Of a DNA stretch of 64,000 nucleotides, positions 10,651 to 23,000 are shown in pieces. How positions within the stretch are numbered: the first letter of the stretch is position 1; each line of letters begins with the position of its first letter. The notes under the pieces were generated by a model. The model saw only the letters and a list, made by a program, of their open reading frames with translations. It was not told the origin of the DNA and made no database searches. Source of the stretch: Klebsormidium nitens (Eukaryota; Plantae; Klebsormidiophyceae); the NCBI GenBank assembly GCA_000708835.1, contig DF237333.1, positions 1-64,000 on the forward strand, given 5' to 3'. The translations under genes were made by a program, and so were the position numbers.

Positions 10651-13186
10651 CAAGTGCATACGTAGGCTTGACGATCTCGGATTTGTCCATACAATTATAG
10701 TAAGTGCATACGTAGGCGGGTTTCTGAATGTACCTAAATTTGGGTTTCATGTACGGTGCTGAAAGAGTAGTTTTTGAAGCCTTGTTGATACTGTAAATAC
10801 CTATAGACATGTAGATACTCAAAAGACAGGTGTGCCATAATCATAGAGATGCGCGCGCAGTTGCCTGGTTTGAAACAATATCAGCCTGTAATTGCGGATC
10901 CGGTTCCTCAGTCACTGCCAGATCTGAAGGTCGCATGATGCTCAAGACAGCTTAGAACTATGATTGTGGCCCTGGTTTGCTGGCATGCTCGCATAGGTTG
11001 TGCTTCGTAAGCTGACTAAAGAAACCCTTACCTAGCGAAGAAGATTGATTAAGACAGATAGATGTAGCCCTGAGAAGATTTATTATCAACCTTTGACAAC
11101 TCCTATCGCATTGATCATTGCACGAGGCTTTTGTTGTCATTTGCTTCAAGGCTTGATTCTAGCTATCAGCGGAATGATTGACCATGAGTCTCATTCAAAT
11201 TAATGATCAGCAAACACTGAGTGACTTGCTCGGTTGACTGGGATTCATTCATCAAGCCCCAACTTGGTACGGCCTTAAAGAGTGGATATGTGTTGCAAGC
11301 CATAGTGTTTCGTTGTTGACTCATGCACTCTCAACTTTCTCAACTGGCAAAGTCTGATCACACCATCGCCGCGTGTCTTCGAAGTAAGCTTATAGCCAGT
11401 GAGCCTGTCCGGTTGGAGCATGTTGATCAGCTGGCATCGGTATAGCGCCGAGGATGCAACAGATTTCCAGAATACACTGCAAATTCTGGCGGCGATACCA
11501 TGCAGTGTCATGCGCGGGCCCTAGGCTAGCCTGGCATTGATTGATCCGAACGAAGCTGCACATGCAATTGCACGACATATGATGCGCTCTTGACGAGTTA
11601 GTTAACCTGTTGCATGCTCAAGTGTGTCGATCTGAATATGTACGATGCCTTATTACAGTCAAGCCGCTCTATGGTTCTTCCTAGATCTGGTTTATATCCG
11701 GGTCACGTTGGAGAGGCTCACGGCCATGGCCAGTTTTAAGTATGTTTAAGTTGTCAATCCAAGTATATCAATCAATTCCTGTTATGATCAGCTGTTGCTG
11801 CGCTTCATCCTAGCGATTTTTATACGTTGATTCGGATGTGGAGCGGTAGAACGGCGCCAATTTTTAGACTAAGACTGCGGTTGGCAACCAGCTTTTGACT
11901 GCCGCTTGTGGCAGCATTTGCGATGTTGAACCAACTTTCAGGGCAGGCGATGTAAAGACTTCGTGTTCGCCGCGACAGTTTTAAGACTATGGTACAAACC
12001 AACATTGGTTTGTGTGCTTTCCCCTCCTTCGAGGAAGTTGTCTCTGGAATAAGCGAACTCGAGTACTGCAATTAGGCAGCACCGAGATAAAGAACATTCT
12101 CGAAGTCAAAGCCCTTCGAATTCGAGGATCCCAATGGTTCCCATCTAAGCCGCTTACAAACGCCTTGACTCAGTCGGGGCTCTCCAAGTACCCATGGCCT
12201 TTCTTGGAACATGCGGTGCTTCATTCCTAGCCTGTTCTATGAGCTTGAGTAACGTCAGACGTGGTCAACGGGGGCACAACAATCTCCAGACCAATCAGAA
12301 GACAGATTCCCTGCTCTCACACAGAAAGTATTTCTCAATTGATCGAGCTGGAAGCGAGGTTCTGCTGCACGACGCAGCCGTCCAGACCGTAGGTCACTAT
12401 CTTTTACACAGATCATCTAGTAAGTCTGGCAGCTTGGCTCTCCTTAGGCCGGTTCGCCTGCATCATTCACAGTAATCTGGATGCTGGATCTCCGAAGGGC
12501 GGAGAGCTGCTAATGCACGTCTCAACTGTTTAAGCAAGGGACCTTCTTCTAAACAATCGGGAAAATCCAAGGCTGTGAGAGTAAAGCTACCATCTCCTAC
12601 TGCTGATCTTTGAAGATTGCTTTCCCTGGCTCAACGGCTCATCATCTTACCGTACGTTCTGATTCCGATGCCTCAAGGAGACCCTATGTTTCGAGAGGGA
12701 ACGAGGATGTGATAGTGCAGTCATCACCGAGAGGAGTGCCCTTGTGAACTGTCATGCTCTCTTGTTATGGCTCAAGGGAAAATTGAGAGACCAAGAGAAG
12801 CCATTGTCAATATTTGACACGCCAGAGTTGAGGAATTTATTGAGGGGAAAACGTACACTGAACCTGAAAGACAAGTGCAAGAAGCAATATGTCAAAGAAG
12901 AATGCTACTTTTCTGAAGGCCTTCGTTCTGCTGAATGCAAGTAAGCCTACCCTTCTTGCTCCCCAGAGCTCTTCTGTCTTTGTGACCGGCTGAATCCTGC
13001 TTGCAGCAGCAATGGATTCGAGAATCTTCTTGCTACTGATGCCAGTTGTTCGAAGGCCAGGCTTTGACCCCTGCTCAACAGTGCGTTGCTGTGATATTGT
13101 CTTTGAAAGCTAGCAGACACGCAAGAAAGGAGCTCAATATCCTCGCAGTTCTTCCCACAATCTCAAAGTGCTGGCCCCTGGCTTTC

Positions 13187-16100
13187 ATGATGGCGCGTCC
13201 TCGTTCTCGCTCCCCTGACAGCAGGAACCTGTTTTCTTTCCTCGATCTGAGCGGCCTCTCTACAGGGTCCATCATCACGTTGGTCTGCGCGGCCCTGACC
13301 CTGGTCTTCATGCTGCAAGGCTGGCTCTTCAGCTTTGACAGCCCCCTGGATGACGGGAGTTCTGCCAGCTTTGTGGCGGCCACCAGGCGCAGGCTGAGGG
13401 AGGAGCTCAACACTGAGGACGTTTTCCAGCCGGAGGACTGGGGCTCCTTCCACGAGCGCCACGCGGCGGAGATCCGTGAGCTGGAGCGCTCCTTCAAGCA
13501 GCTGCAGAATGCGGACCACAGGAAGCTGTCCGAAGAGGAGATGGCTGCCATGCAACTGGCTGGGGAGATTGTCTTTCCAGGGGGGGCCAGTTTGGGGGAA
13601 GAGGCGACCCCCGGGGGTGGGAACAAGCGTGTGCGGACCCATGCGGACGAGGTTCTTAAGAAGTTGAGGGAGGAAGAGGAGAAGAAGAATGAGGAGCTGA
13701 CCAAGAGGACGGAAAAGCTGATTGTGCTCAAGCAGATGCAGAAGAATCTCAAGAAAACGGTGGGGGCTAAGAAAAGCATGGTAGGCGCTGAAAAGAAAGA
13801 GAGGGTAGAAAGGAAAGACAAGACAGAAAGTAGCAAGGATCATCCAGAGCAAAGACAGGGGTTGGAGGAGAACGAAGTCCAAGTTCAAGATCTGAGCCAG
13901 AGCAGGAAGGTTACAGGAGAACCAATGTTGGTAGACGATAGGCCGCGGAAGGTGGCCTCTGGTGAGAACGGACAGTCAGTGAAAGTCACTCGTCCAGAGA
14001 ATGGGAATTCCATCGAAGCTGGTGCAAAAAGCGGACTGACGCTTGTGAAAGGGAGACAGCGGCCCAAGGTCATGATCCTGACAGCGAACGAGGCGCGGCC
14101 GTGCAAGCTGGCCCGGGGGTACGAGATCATCATGAAGGGAGTGAAGAACAAGATTGACTATGCGAGGTAAGAAGTTAGACACCCGATGCTGATGTCATGA
14201 AAATATCTTTTCTTCTTGAGCCTCTACTTTTTGTTGGTATTGGCATCTACTTCTTTTGAACGCCGGTTGGCAAGGCTAATAATCTCAAGCCACAGGCCTC
14301 AAATCACGAAATCTGGTGTGCATGCAATCTGACGTGGAAGTTGTTTTCAAAATATATGTGTCTTCAGCCTTACTCTGACGAACTCGTTAACAACATAGAT
14401 CGGTCTTTTAAGAGCCCGTTTCAACAGCAGAACTCAACGTTACCCTGATTTGTGAAATGCATGGCTTTCCTGATATGCTGCAAACGCGATGGATTCTTGT
14501 CGTACCCTCAGAAATTGAACCAACTCACTTGCCATAAAGTGGCTTTTGAAGCTCCTGTTCCCTGCAAAGGTGCGGCCACATTTACGCAGCGTTCGTTCGA
14601 CCTCGCAAACTCTTAAACACTTCAGACTCCACGCTTACAAGCAATATTGAGAAAGCTCCGGTTCTCATCCTCACATTTTGTCAAATCCATCCCACAGGGT
14701 GCACGGTCACGAGCTGTTTTACAGCATGGAGCTGTTCGACTCGTCGTTCGACATGTACTGGCTCAAGTACCCCCTCCTCCAGAGGAACATGGCGGACCGC
14801 GCTGACGTGGAATGGTTCCTCTGGATGGACACCGACACGCTCATCACCGACTTCAACTTCGACATCCCCTTCGACAAGTACCGCGGCTTCGACCTGGTCT
14901 TCTCGGGGAGCGAAGAAAAGGTGAGCCAATGACCAACGAAGAGAGAATATCGGATACTTACACAAGAGCGGAGTCAAAGAGTGAGCTACCTAGAAGAACT
15001 TTTGGCTGCTCCTCACGTTGGGGCCTGCTCATACCCTGCAGATCAGAGCAAAAACCCGTTACAAAACTCTCATCCGGTCGAGATGGGGTTTCTCGTGCCG
15101 ACGCAGACCAGATCCTTTCGGTACGGTTCCTTCTTCAGATGCTTCTGCACCCTTGTCTCAGACTTCCATTTTGTGGAGAGCAGCCTGGTGCGGGCCGAGA
15201 CCATCCTCTTGGCAAACCCTGCGTTCATTTCTTAGGTGTACGAGGAAGGGGATTGGCTGGGTTTAAACGCGGGCAGCTTCCTGGTGCGCAACTCGCACCG
15301 CGGCCGCGCGTTCGTGGATGCCGTGATGGAGTACGGGGCCCTGGACAAGAGGGTCGACGTCGGCAATATGCTCAGCCGCGAGATCCAAGGCCGGGCGGAC
15401 AGTGAGCAAACAAGGCCCGCTCTGTTTTCTCTCGGCATATCGGGTAGCTCTTTCAGTGTACATTCCAGCCTCTCGTCTTGAAAGTCAAACACTCTGATCT
15501 GGACAGAAGAAGATTCGTATATACGCCTGATCGTCACTTCCAAATCTTCTGGGCCGGGCCATTGACAGGAAAAATTGAGAACCCACTTTGAAGCTCGCGG
15601 GAGCTCGTCCCTCTTCCTCCCGCTTTCCCCTTTGAGATGCCGTCCTCAGTGTCGACCTGCCAATCCGCTCAGCTCAGAAATTTTTGCAGGCGCTGGTCTG
15701 TAGGCGATTGTACGAGAGGTTTCAAGAAGCCACCAAGTAGTGCAATCCATCCGGCGCCCACTCAAACCCTTACGAAATTGTCCTGAGAATTCACCCCGCT
15801 GTGTCTTCCCCTTTCCCCTCGTAGATCAGCTCTTTAAACTCACTCCTGACGGACGACTGCGCACTTTGCGGTTGTCAATGGATTGAGCCGTTCTCTCTTC
15901 TTCGTACTGCTTGGCAGCCTACTCCGTTGCAGAAGCCCTTCCGCGAGGCGTCTCTCCTCTCCCCTTCCCTCACAACTCGCGTCTCTGTAGCTACAGAACT
16001 TTTCAGTCACGACCTCCGGGCAACTCCTGCTAGCCTTCTGCGCAGACTGGCCCAGCTCCTTCCCGGGGGCAAAAGCCAAACCCTATCCACCTTAGTACAT

Positions 16101-17196
16101 CCGTGGAGACTGGCTCACGCTCCTTTCCGCGAGCAAAGCTGAATCTTCTCCACCCTTTGCGCGCCTGGCGCACCTCTTTTTCCGGATACAAAACGAAACT
16201 CCGTTCACCATTTTGCGCAGACTGGCCCACCTCGTTCCCTGGGGCAAAAGCAGATCTTCTCCACCCTTTGCGCGAACTGGCCCACCTCTTTTCCTAGATA
16301 CAAAAGCACACGCCGTCCACCTTTCTGCGCAGACTGGCCCGCCGACGACCAGTGCGCGATCGTGCACCTGCTCAGAACGCGCCAGGCCGAGTGGCGCAAC
16401 TGGACGGTCCTTGAGCCGGACGGCGTGTACCACACGTGGTGGAAGACGGTTCGCCCCATCCTAGATATCCTGGCCGACCAGGGGAACGACATCGAGGGCG
16501 GGGCGGCATACCCTTTTGTCACACATTTTACCGGTGAGGAGCGACCGAGGGCTCTGATTGTTGCGACGGCTCGAAAATGGTTTCCGTGGCAGAATGTAAA
16601 AGCTTCAGCCCTCTTAGAGCCGGTATGCAGGAAAGGAGAGCGGCAGCTGATTGTAAACAGATGAGGCGACTGGCGTCTCTTTGGCGCAGAACCATTGATT
16701 CGTCCGATTTGCCCCGGGCCCGTTTGCTTGGAATCCTAACGGTCGGCTAAAGTCGATCCAAAGAAAAGTCGCTGGCTGCTCGATCGCTTCTTTTCAATAA
16801 GCGCATTCGAGGAGAGGTCTTGCTTATTTGTTTGTTCCCTCTTTCTGCGTTTCATCCGAAAGCCGGACGGATTATCGTCCGAGGTCCCAGAAAAGGTTTT
16901 AATGAAGGATTCCTCTTCACGAGCCCACAAGCAGGCGCGAAGGCGCCGTTTGACTTTGTCCGGGTGAATATATGCTGTCCAACGTCCCGTCAGATCAGCG
17001 TCCCCGACGTCCAATAGCTCCCTTATAACCCCCTTCCGCAGGCTGCAAGATGTGCCACGGCGAGTACGGCGAGGCCAGCCTGGACGAGTGCCACGAGGCG
17101 TTCGACCGTGCGTACAACTTTGCGGACAACCAGGTGCTGCGGACGTACGGCTACCAGCACGCCAGCCTCGACAGCGCCGTGCTGCGGCCGCTATAG
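13187..17196 (+). CDS. Glycosyltransferase family 34 (xyloglucan xylosyltransferase / galactomannan galactosyltransferase-like), type II membrane protein; 574 aa
   Basis: Exons 13187-14166, 14698-14920, 15236-15401, 16333-16533, 17042-17196 (1725 nt). N-terminal TM helix followed by KNKIDYARVHG, W.KYPLL, EWFLWMDTD (DxD), GLNAGSFLVRN, ADDQCAIVHLL, PFVTHFTGCK.C, RAYNFADNQVLRTYGYQH. Confidence 0.9.
16036..16340 (+). repeat. About 57-bp tandem repeat (5-6 copies) built from the 3' splice site of GT34 intron 3
   Basis: GCGCAG|ACTGGCCC occurs with AG at 16044-45, 16219-20 and 16331-32 (true acceptor). Degenerate copies lie near 16105, 16160 and 16270. Confidence 0.85.
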
Positions 17197-19047
17197 ACCG
17201 TTTGAGCTGGGTCCAGCGAAAGTTTCGCTGGCTTACTAAAGCATTGATCCCTATGATGTAATCTGGTGAAGCACTCTAGTGAAGCGTTGCAAAGTTGAAT
17301 GACGAGTCAAACTGTTACAAAAGTCTGCGTCACTTCAATCAACGAGGCCGCCCGAAAGGAAAATCCTCCTTACAGTCAGGTGACCGGCCGTGTGTTTGCA
17401 CTCGTGGTTTGTCTCAGGTGGGGCAAGGTCGGACACCTCTTAGAGCTTGATACCATGCAAGAAGACATTATTACTCATATACCCAGCGAGTAAAGAGGGC
17501 AGGCTATGCTCGCTCATTGTGAACAATTAGGCATTCCCCGTCCGACGTTGTAATGCAGTCGCTTTCTTCCCTTTCTCAGAGGACAAAGCGCATCCACGGT
17601 CATGCAGCTATTGAAGTATGGTAATCTGCATCAGTCTACTTTAAGAACCGGAGTGTCTTCAGCCTAAGTAGCCCGGGATCCATCTTGACCGATCCGACTT
17701 CGTGCTGACAGACGATGATATTCAATGTCAGGCATTCAGAACTGAGCAACTACAACTGCTTGAAAGCCGAGCAGTGTTCGCATATCAAGTAACAAGTCAA
17801 TTTGGTTGGTGTTTGTGTATGAGGATTTTATATGCAAGTAATCAGAACATACACGTCACTTTATCTGAAAAATACATTGGTAATCATCATGCTACGCGTG
17901 CGCTTCGGTCCTTCGAGAGCCATGCTGCCGTTCACCATAACGAGTGCTGGCGTGCGTCATTCGCAATTCTTCTCAGCTGGTTACCGAACGCTCGTTCATA
18001 GTAAGACCACCTCGGAACCTAGTCGCCAACGTAGAGTATGTCTGCAATATGTCCGGCTGGATTATTGCAGATGAAGCAATATAGTATCATAGTTTCAAAG
18101 CTCTTTTGGAATCCTCCACTGTCGAAATGTTGAAAAAATGCACACCGGAAGCTGGCTGTTACATGCACATCCAGTTGCGCAATTTGACATGCCAGTGCGT
18201 TCCGTAACATTTTCAAGTCAACCATTACAAGTAGTCTTATGCACGTTGGCGCTGGGCCCTTGAGATAGTTGAGTAAGTTGAGATACCTAGACGTTGGAAC
18301 TTTTGGGCACTGACTGGTGTGCCGTGAATTGCAAGAATGGACCTACAGCTTGTAGGTATTAACGAAATTAACAAAGATATATATGAGCGCATGTCAGATC
18401 ATGAAGCGCCGGACAGACGGCCTGCAAGTGATAGTCGTAGGCGCTTATATATGATGGTGATCATCGCAAGCAAGCAGCTAAGCTAGCTTCAAACAGTTCT
18501 ACAGTTGCCTAGATTGCACGACATAAGCACTGTATGCCGACAGAGATCCGATCGCAGATATTTTGTGAGAAGGACCTGAAGGGGCATGCCTCTGTGATAT
18601 AATATAACGCGGATCCATGTTAAAGACCATAAGTGCGCCGGGCTAGAGGATTGTGGCATAGGCCGTAGGTTCACTTTTGAGTTGCTAGCTGCGCAAATGC
18701 TTCGTCCGTTCATACATACTACAGCCGAGCAAGGTTGGGATTCGAAAACGCTCCTCATGAGCACACCTCGGCTTCGGTCTAGCACCGGACACATGGGCGC
18801 GTGTTAGGCGGACCCTGTGTGCACATCCCAAGTTTGACATCGGATCGGCGGTGCCCAGCGCGTGTCCGGAAGTAAATGTCCTTTGTCAAGTCGACCAATC
18901 AGATTGTCCGGATTGGGCTACGCTGGCGTCACTACCTATCATGACTCGGGAAAATGTCGACATTTTGAAGTCAGGCGTGTGCTCGGCCCAAGGCAACAGA
19001 CAACATTCAGCAAGGCACACGCATACTTTTTCACCCGACTGGGATAA

Positions 19048-19557
19048 GGGAAGGGACACTTTGAAGCTGTACCCCCCGTGTTAACTATCGAGCCCTTTCA
19101 GCCAGAGGACCTGAGTCCCCCCCCCTTCCTGACGGGCAGCGCTGGCGCGGGCACCAAGCGCCCCCCCCTTGCCTGCTCAGTTTTCGAGGGTCTCCGGTGC
19201 CCCCCCCATGCAAAGGCTCAGTTTTTTTCCAAATTTTGGAAAATTGATCATAGGGGAGTGCATTTGCAGAATTCTTAGGCTGTGTTGAGGCTGACTTCGA
19301 GCTAGGTGCAACCTGAAGGGCATATTTTCGACCAATTACAGGTATATTTGGAGGGAAAATGGCCATAAAATCACACTAAACACCCCTTGAACCCCCGGAT
19401 CTCATAGTCCACAATGGTCCCCCCCCCATATGACATTGGGCTTCCTTCAGTGGCAGTAGGTCCCCCCCCCATCTACCCCCCAGTAGCGGCTCTCGTTCCT
19501 CCGTACCCCCCCCATAACAGTTAATACGGGGGGTACAGCTTCAAAGTGTCCCTTCCC
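19048..19557. mobile_element. Tourist-like (PIF/Harbinger) MITE, 510 bp
   Basis: 39-bp TIR GGGAAGGGACACTTTGAAGCTGTACCCCCCGT(G/A)TTAACT with 1 mismatch between the ends. TAA target-site duplication at 19045-19047 and 19558-19560. No transposase-like ORF inside. Confidence 0.88.
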
Positions 19558-20037
19558 TAAGATTCAAGATAATATGGCGGTCTCCCAAGGGCAAAGTAAA
19601 TTCTGTTTCTCCAATCACTGATTTACCATCTAGGTACCTGCACTTATAATAGGGACACCTGGCCCCTACTTAGTACTACCGGTAGGCCAACGCAATATCA
19701 CAGAGGAGAAGAATGCCTGTACCTAGAAGCTTTTGATCAGGTTGCGCTGAACCCACTGATCTGGTGGGCGTGATGTGGTCGATTGAGCTCCAACGCTATG
19801 CCCGATTACAGAGCATAGATCCTCCAGCGCTTTTTGCAAGGTAAGATTGCTTCCGAAATACCATATGTGCCTCCCTGAGTCCAGCCTTAGGTATATCTGA
19901 GAACTTTGCAATGCGATGACAAAGCAGATGTAGGATCCACTTCAGTAGACTACAAATAGATCCACATTCCAAGCTGAGCTCTTCATTCTCCTGTGAACCT
20001 TTGCAGTGACCAACCAGCTGCAAAGCACCGGGGATCC

Positions 20038-23000
20038 ATGGTAACCATGACAGAGAGCCAGAAAGCTAGCCCGGGGCAAGTCCCCGGGCCAGCAATCCTA
20101 GCGCTGCGGTGGTTCCTGCTGGCCGTTATGGGGGGGCTCTTTGTGGCGTGGAACTTCTTCTGGTGGGCTCGGCCTACCGTGTGGTTCGGCACCAATCTGC
20201 TGAACAAGCAGTGGAGAGCGGACCTTGACTCGGGGTACTTCGACCTGTACGGTAAGCTGTGCGGCAATTGCTAGCATTCCGCAACGTCGCTGGATACGAT
20301 TTGGATTTCTGCTGAAGTAGGGACTGACGTGGGTGCTAATGTGACCCGCTGCGAGTGCTGAGCGAGCTAGGCACTCGCTTGCAAGGGACAGTCCCATTGG
20401 TGCGTTTTGCGGCTGATCTACAAACGGATCTATAACAAATTTCTCATAGAGGTGGATCCTTGAAGAGACCTTATTGCTTGCGACGGACATTCTAAGCAGT
20501 GCTCTTCTTGACGGATATGTATGCAGTCGGCGAATCTGGCTCTTTCTGCCAGCTCCTCTGCTGCCAAGCAAGAGTCACTGCAAGCACACGTTGCTCTGTC
20601 TATCAGTCCGAAAATACGCCCAAAGATCTTTGCTTTTGTTCATCATCTTTACCACAGTCATATGTTATTTATCACTGCTGAGACTTTGTGACTTGTTCTT
20701 TACTCTTTTGCAGTTTTCAACACGCTCTGAACAAATTCTAAAAGTAGTCGTTCTTTCATCCGCGCAGATGCAAACTATCTCCTCTACTTTGTGCCCCCGG
20801 TTCTGATTGCTATTCTGGCTCCCATATACCTGAGCCTCCCGAAGCCTCCCCGGACTGAACAGGACGTTATCAGAGAGTGAGTACCAAAGAAATTGGATCT
20901 TCTGCATCTTGCTTGCCTGTTCAACCAGCGTATGAGGACGTCTTGTGCTCTGATTGACGCTGTCCACAATTGTCCCATCCAAGTTTCTTTCTTGAGAGCA
21001 CATTGCCAGCAGAATTGCAAGTCTTGATGTGACCCCCCTCAACTCTCATTGCAGGCAAATGTCATGGTCTCTAAAGTAGCTGTGGTCCTTTCTAGTAATG
21101 CTGAAGATAGTCAGTGCTCAAGCGCAGTGCAGAAAAGGCATCCGGGCTCTTCCTGGTCTTGACAGTAAAAGGCATTCACGCCCTTCCTGAAACTGCACCC
21201 CCTTGTTTCCGCCTGCAGGGCTAAGCCCCCCAGTCTCCTCTACCGGATCTGGAAGTTCCAGGTGTTCCAGACCGTGACTGTGGCGGAGTTGTTTTGGTGC
21301 ACGTATGTTGCGGCGTTTCTCATCTGGCAGGCTGCGGTCATGTACTGCAAGAAGTACGAGACCATCCACAGGGTGCCGCTAGTCAAGCCCAAGAAGCCGC
21401 CAGCGCCAGCGTAAGCATTACGCCCACACATGTGTCCAACAGTTTCCAACTGGTGTGCTCCTTGTTAAGTAGCTCTTTGGCTTAGTCTACTGTGGTTTTC
21501 CCTTTCGAGGAGGGAGATTTCAAGCTCTTGATTAGCAAGTACTGCCTTTGAAGGAGTTCTAAAGGGCACTTCTTCCAATAAGACAGCAAGAACGAAGAAA
21601 AGAGTTCTCTACAATAAGGACTCTGAGGAAGCCGTTACCAGATTGTCCTTTGCACAATGTTTGCAAGATGGTTGACTGGGCCTGGCTTAGTCACACCTCC
21701 TGACAACCCAAGTATAGGTCTCCCAATTCCAACTCTGGCAGGGCTCTTTAAATACTGGACTCCCTACCTTAGGAACCTCACTGTCAATCCCCCGCACTCA
21801 TTGCATACTTCCTGCACTGATTCCATTCCCCTCGGCTGTTAGCCCTGTTCGCCCTGTTTCCTAGTTTCACCCCCCTCGCTCCCTGACAGGTGGCAAGGCG
21901 AGTGGGACTACATCGCGCAGCTCTTCGGATGGGCGTCTTACATCCTGGTCAACCTGCTTTTCTTCCCAGTCGCGCGCAACTCCCCCCTCCTGAAGCTCAT
22001 CAACGTCCCCTGGGAGCGCGCGGTGCGCTACCACCGCTGGCTCGCGTGGTGGATGCTCCTCATGACGCTCGGCCACTTCGTCGCCTACATGACCTACTGG
22101 CAGAAGATCGGCACCGTGCAGAAAAACGTGAGTGGAAAGTGGACTTGTGCTTTTCCGGTTGGAGGTTCTGTTTTGTTGGGCGCTTCTAGGTTAGGTACTG
22201 TGTGATCGGGCCGCTTTGCAACTGGTGTCAGATTGGTTCTCTTGCTTAACTCTGTACTGCCAAGCGTACTGACAAACATGCTCCATCTGGGCGGTTCTCT
22301 CATTTGCCTCTTCAGCCGTAAATAGGGTTCCTTAACTGGTTCTCTGCCACAAGTGTACTGTCAGGGTGTCCTACTTCCGACATACCAATGCTTCATCAGT
22401 ACAAAACAGGCGGTCCGACTTGTCCGAGGCGTTGACTGATCAATGCTAGACCCTTCCCTGTCAAACTGAGGACTTGACACACAACCCTTCAAAGACGAGG
22501 GGCCCAGATTTGGAAAGCCTACTGCCATCCGTTGTCCCGCTGTCAACTCTGACTGTGTCCACTTCTCGCTTCATCTCCACTTTACAAGCGTTGCGAATCT
22601 CTTTGGTTGAGCTTGCTTCATTTCATTCCTTGCACGGATATCCCACCTTTCTCTAACCCCAAGTTTCCTTCGCAAACCCAGGTCAAGGACTGGCGCGGCT
22701 ACGACGTGTCGCGCCCCGCCGGCATCCTCGTCGGCATCGTCGGCGCCATCATGGGCTTGACCAGCCTGGGCGTCGTTCGACGGCGATACTTCGAACTCTT
22801 CTTCAGCGTGCACCAGCTGTACGTGCTGTTCATCCTGTTCCTCTTTTGGCACCAAGGCACCAAGAACGGGCTCACCTTCATGATGCCCAGCCTTTTCCTG
22901 TTCGCCTTTGACCGGCTCCAAAGGGCGATCCAGTCCTGGGGCCACGCCGGGGTGCTGGCCACCAAGACCTTGCCTGACGGGACCATCCAGGTGAGAATAC

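Noticed and set aside
18785-18869. Possible structured RNA (CCGGACAC...GTGTCCGG stem)
   Set aside because: There are only 8 perfect base pairs plus a short bulged extension, with no tRNA cloverleaf, A/B boxes or snoRNA boxes.
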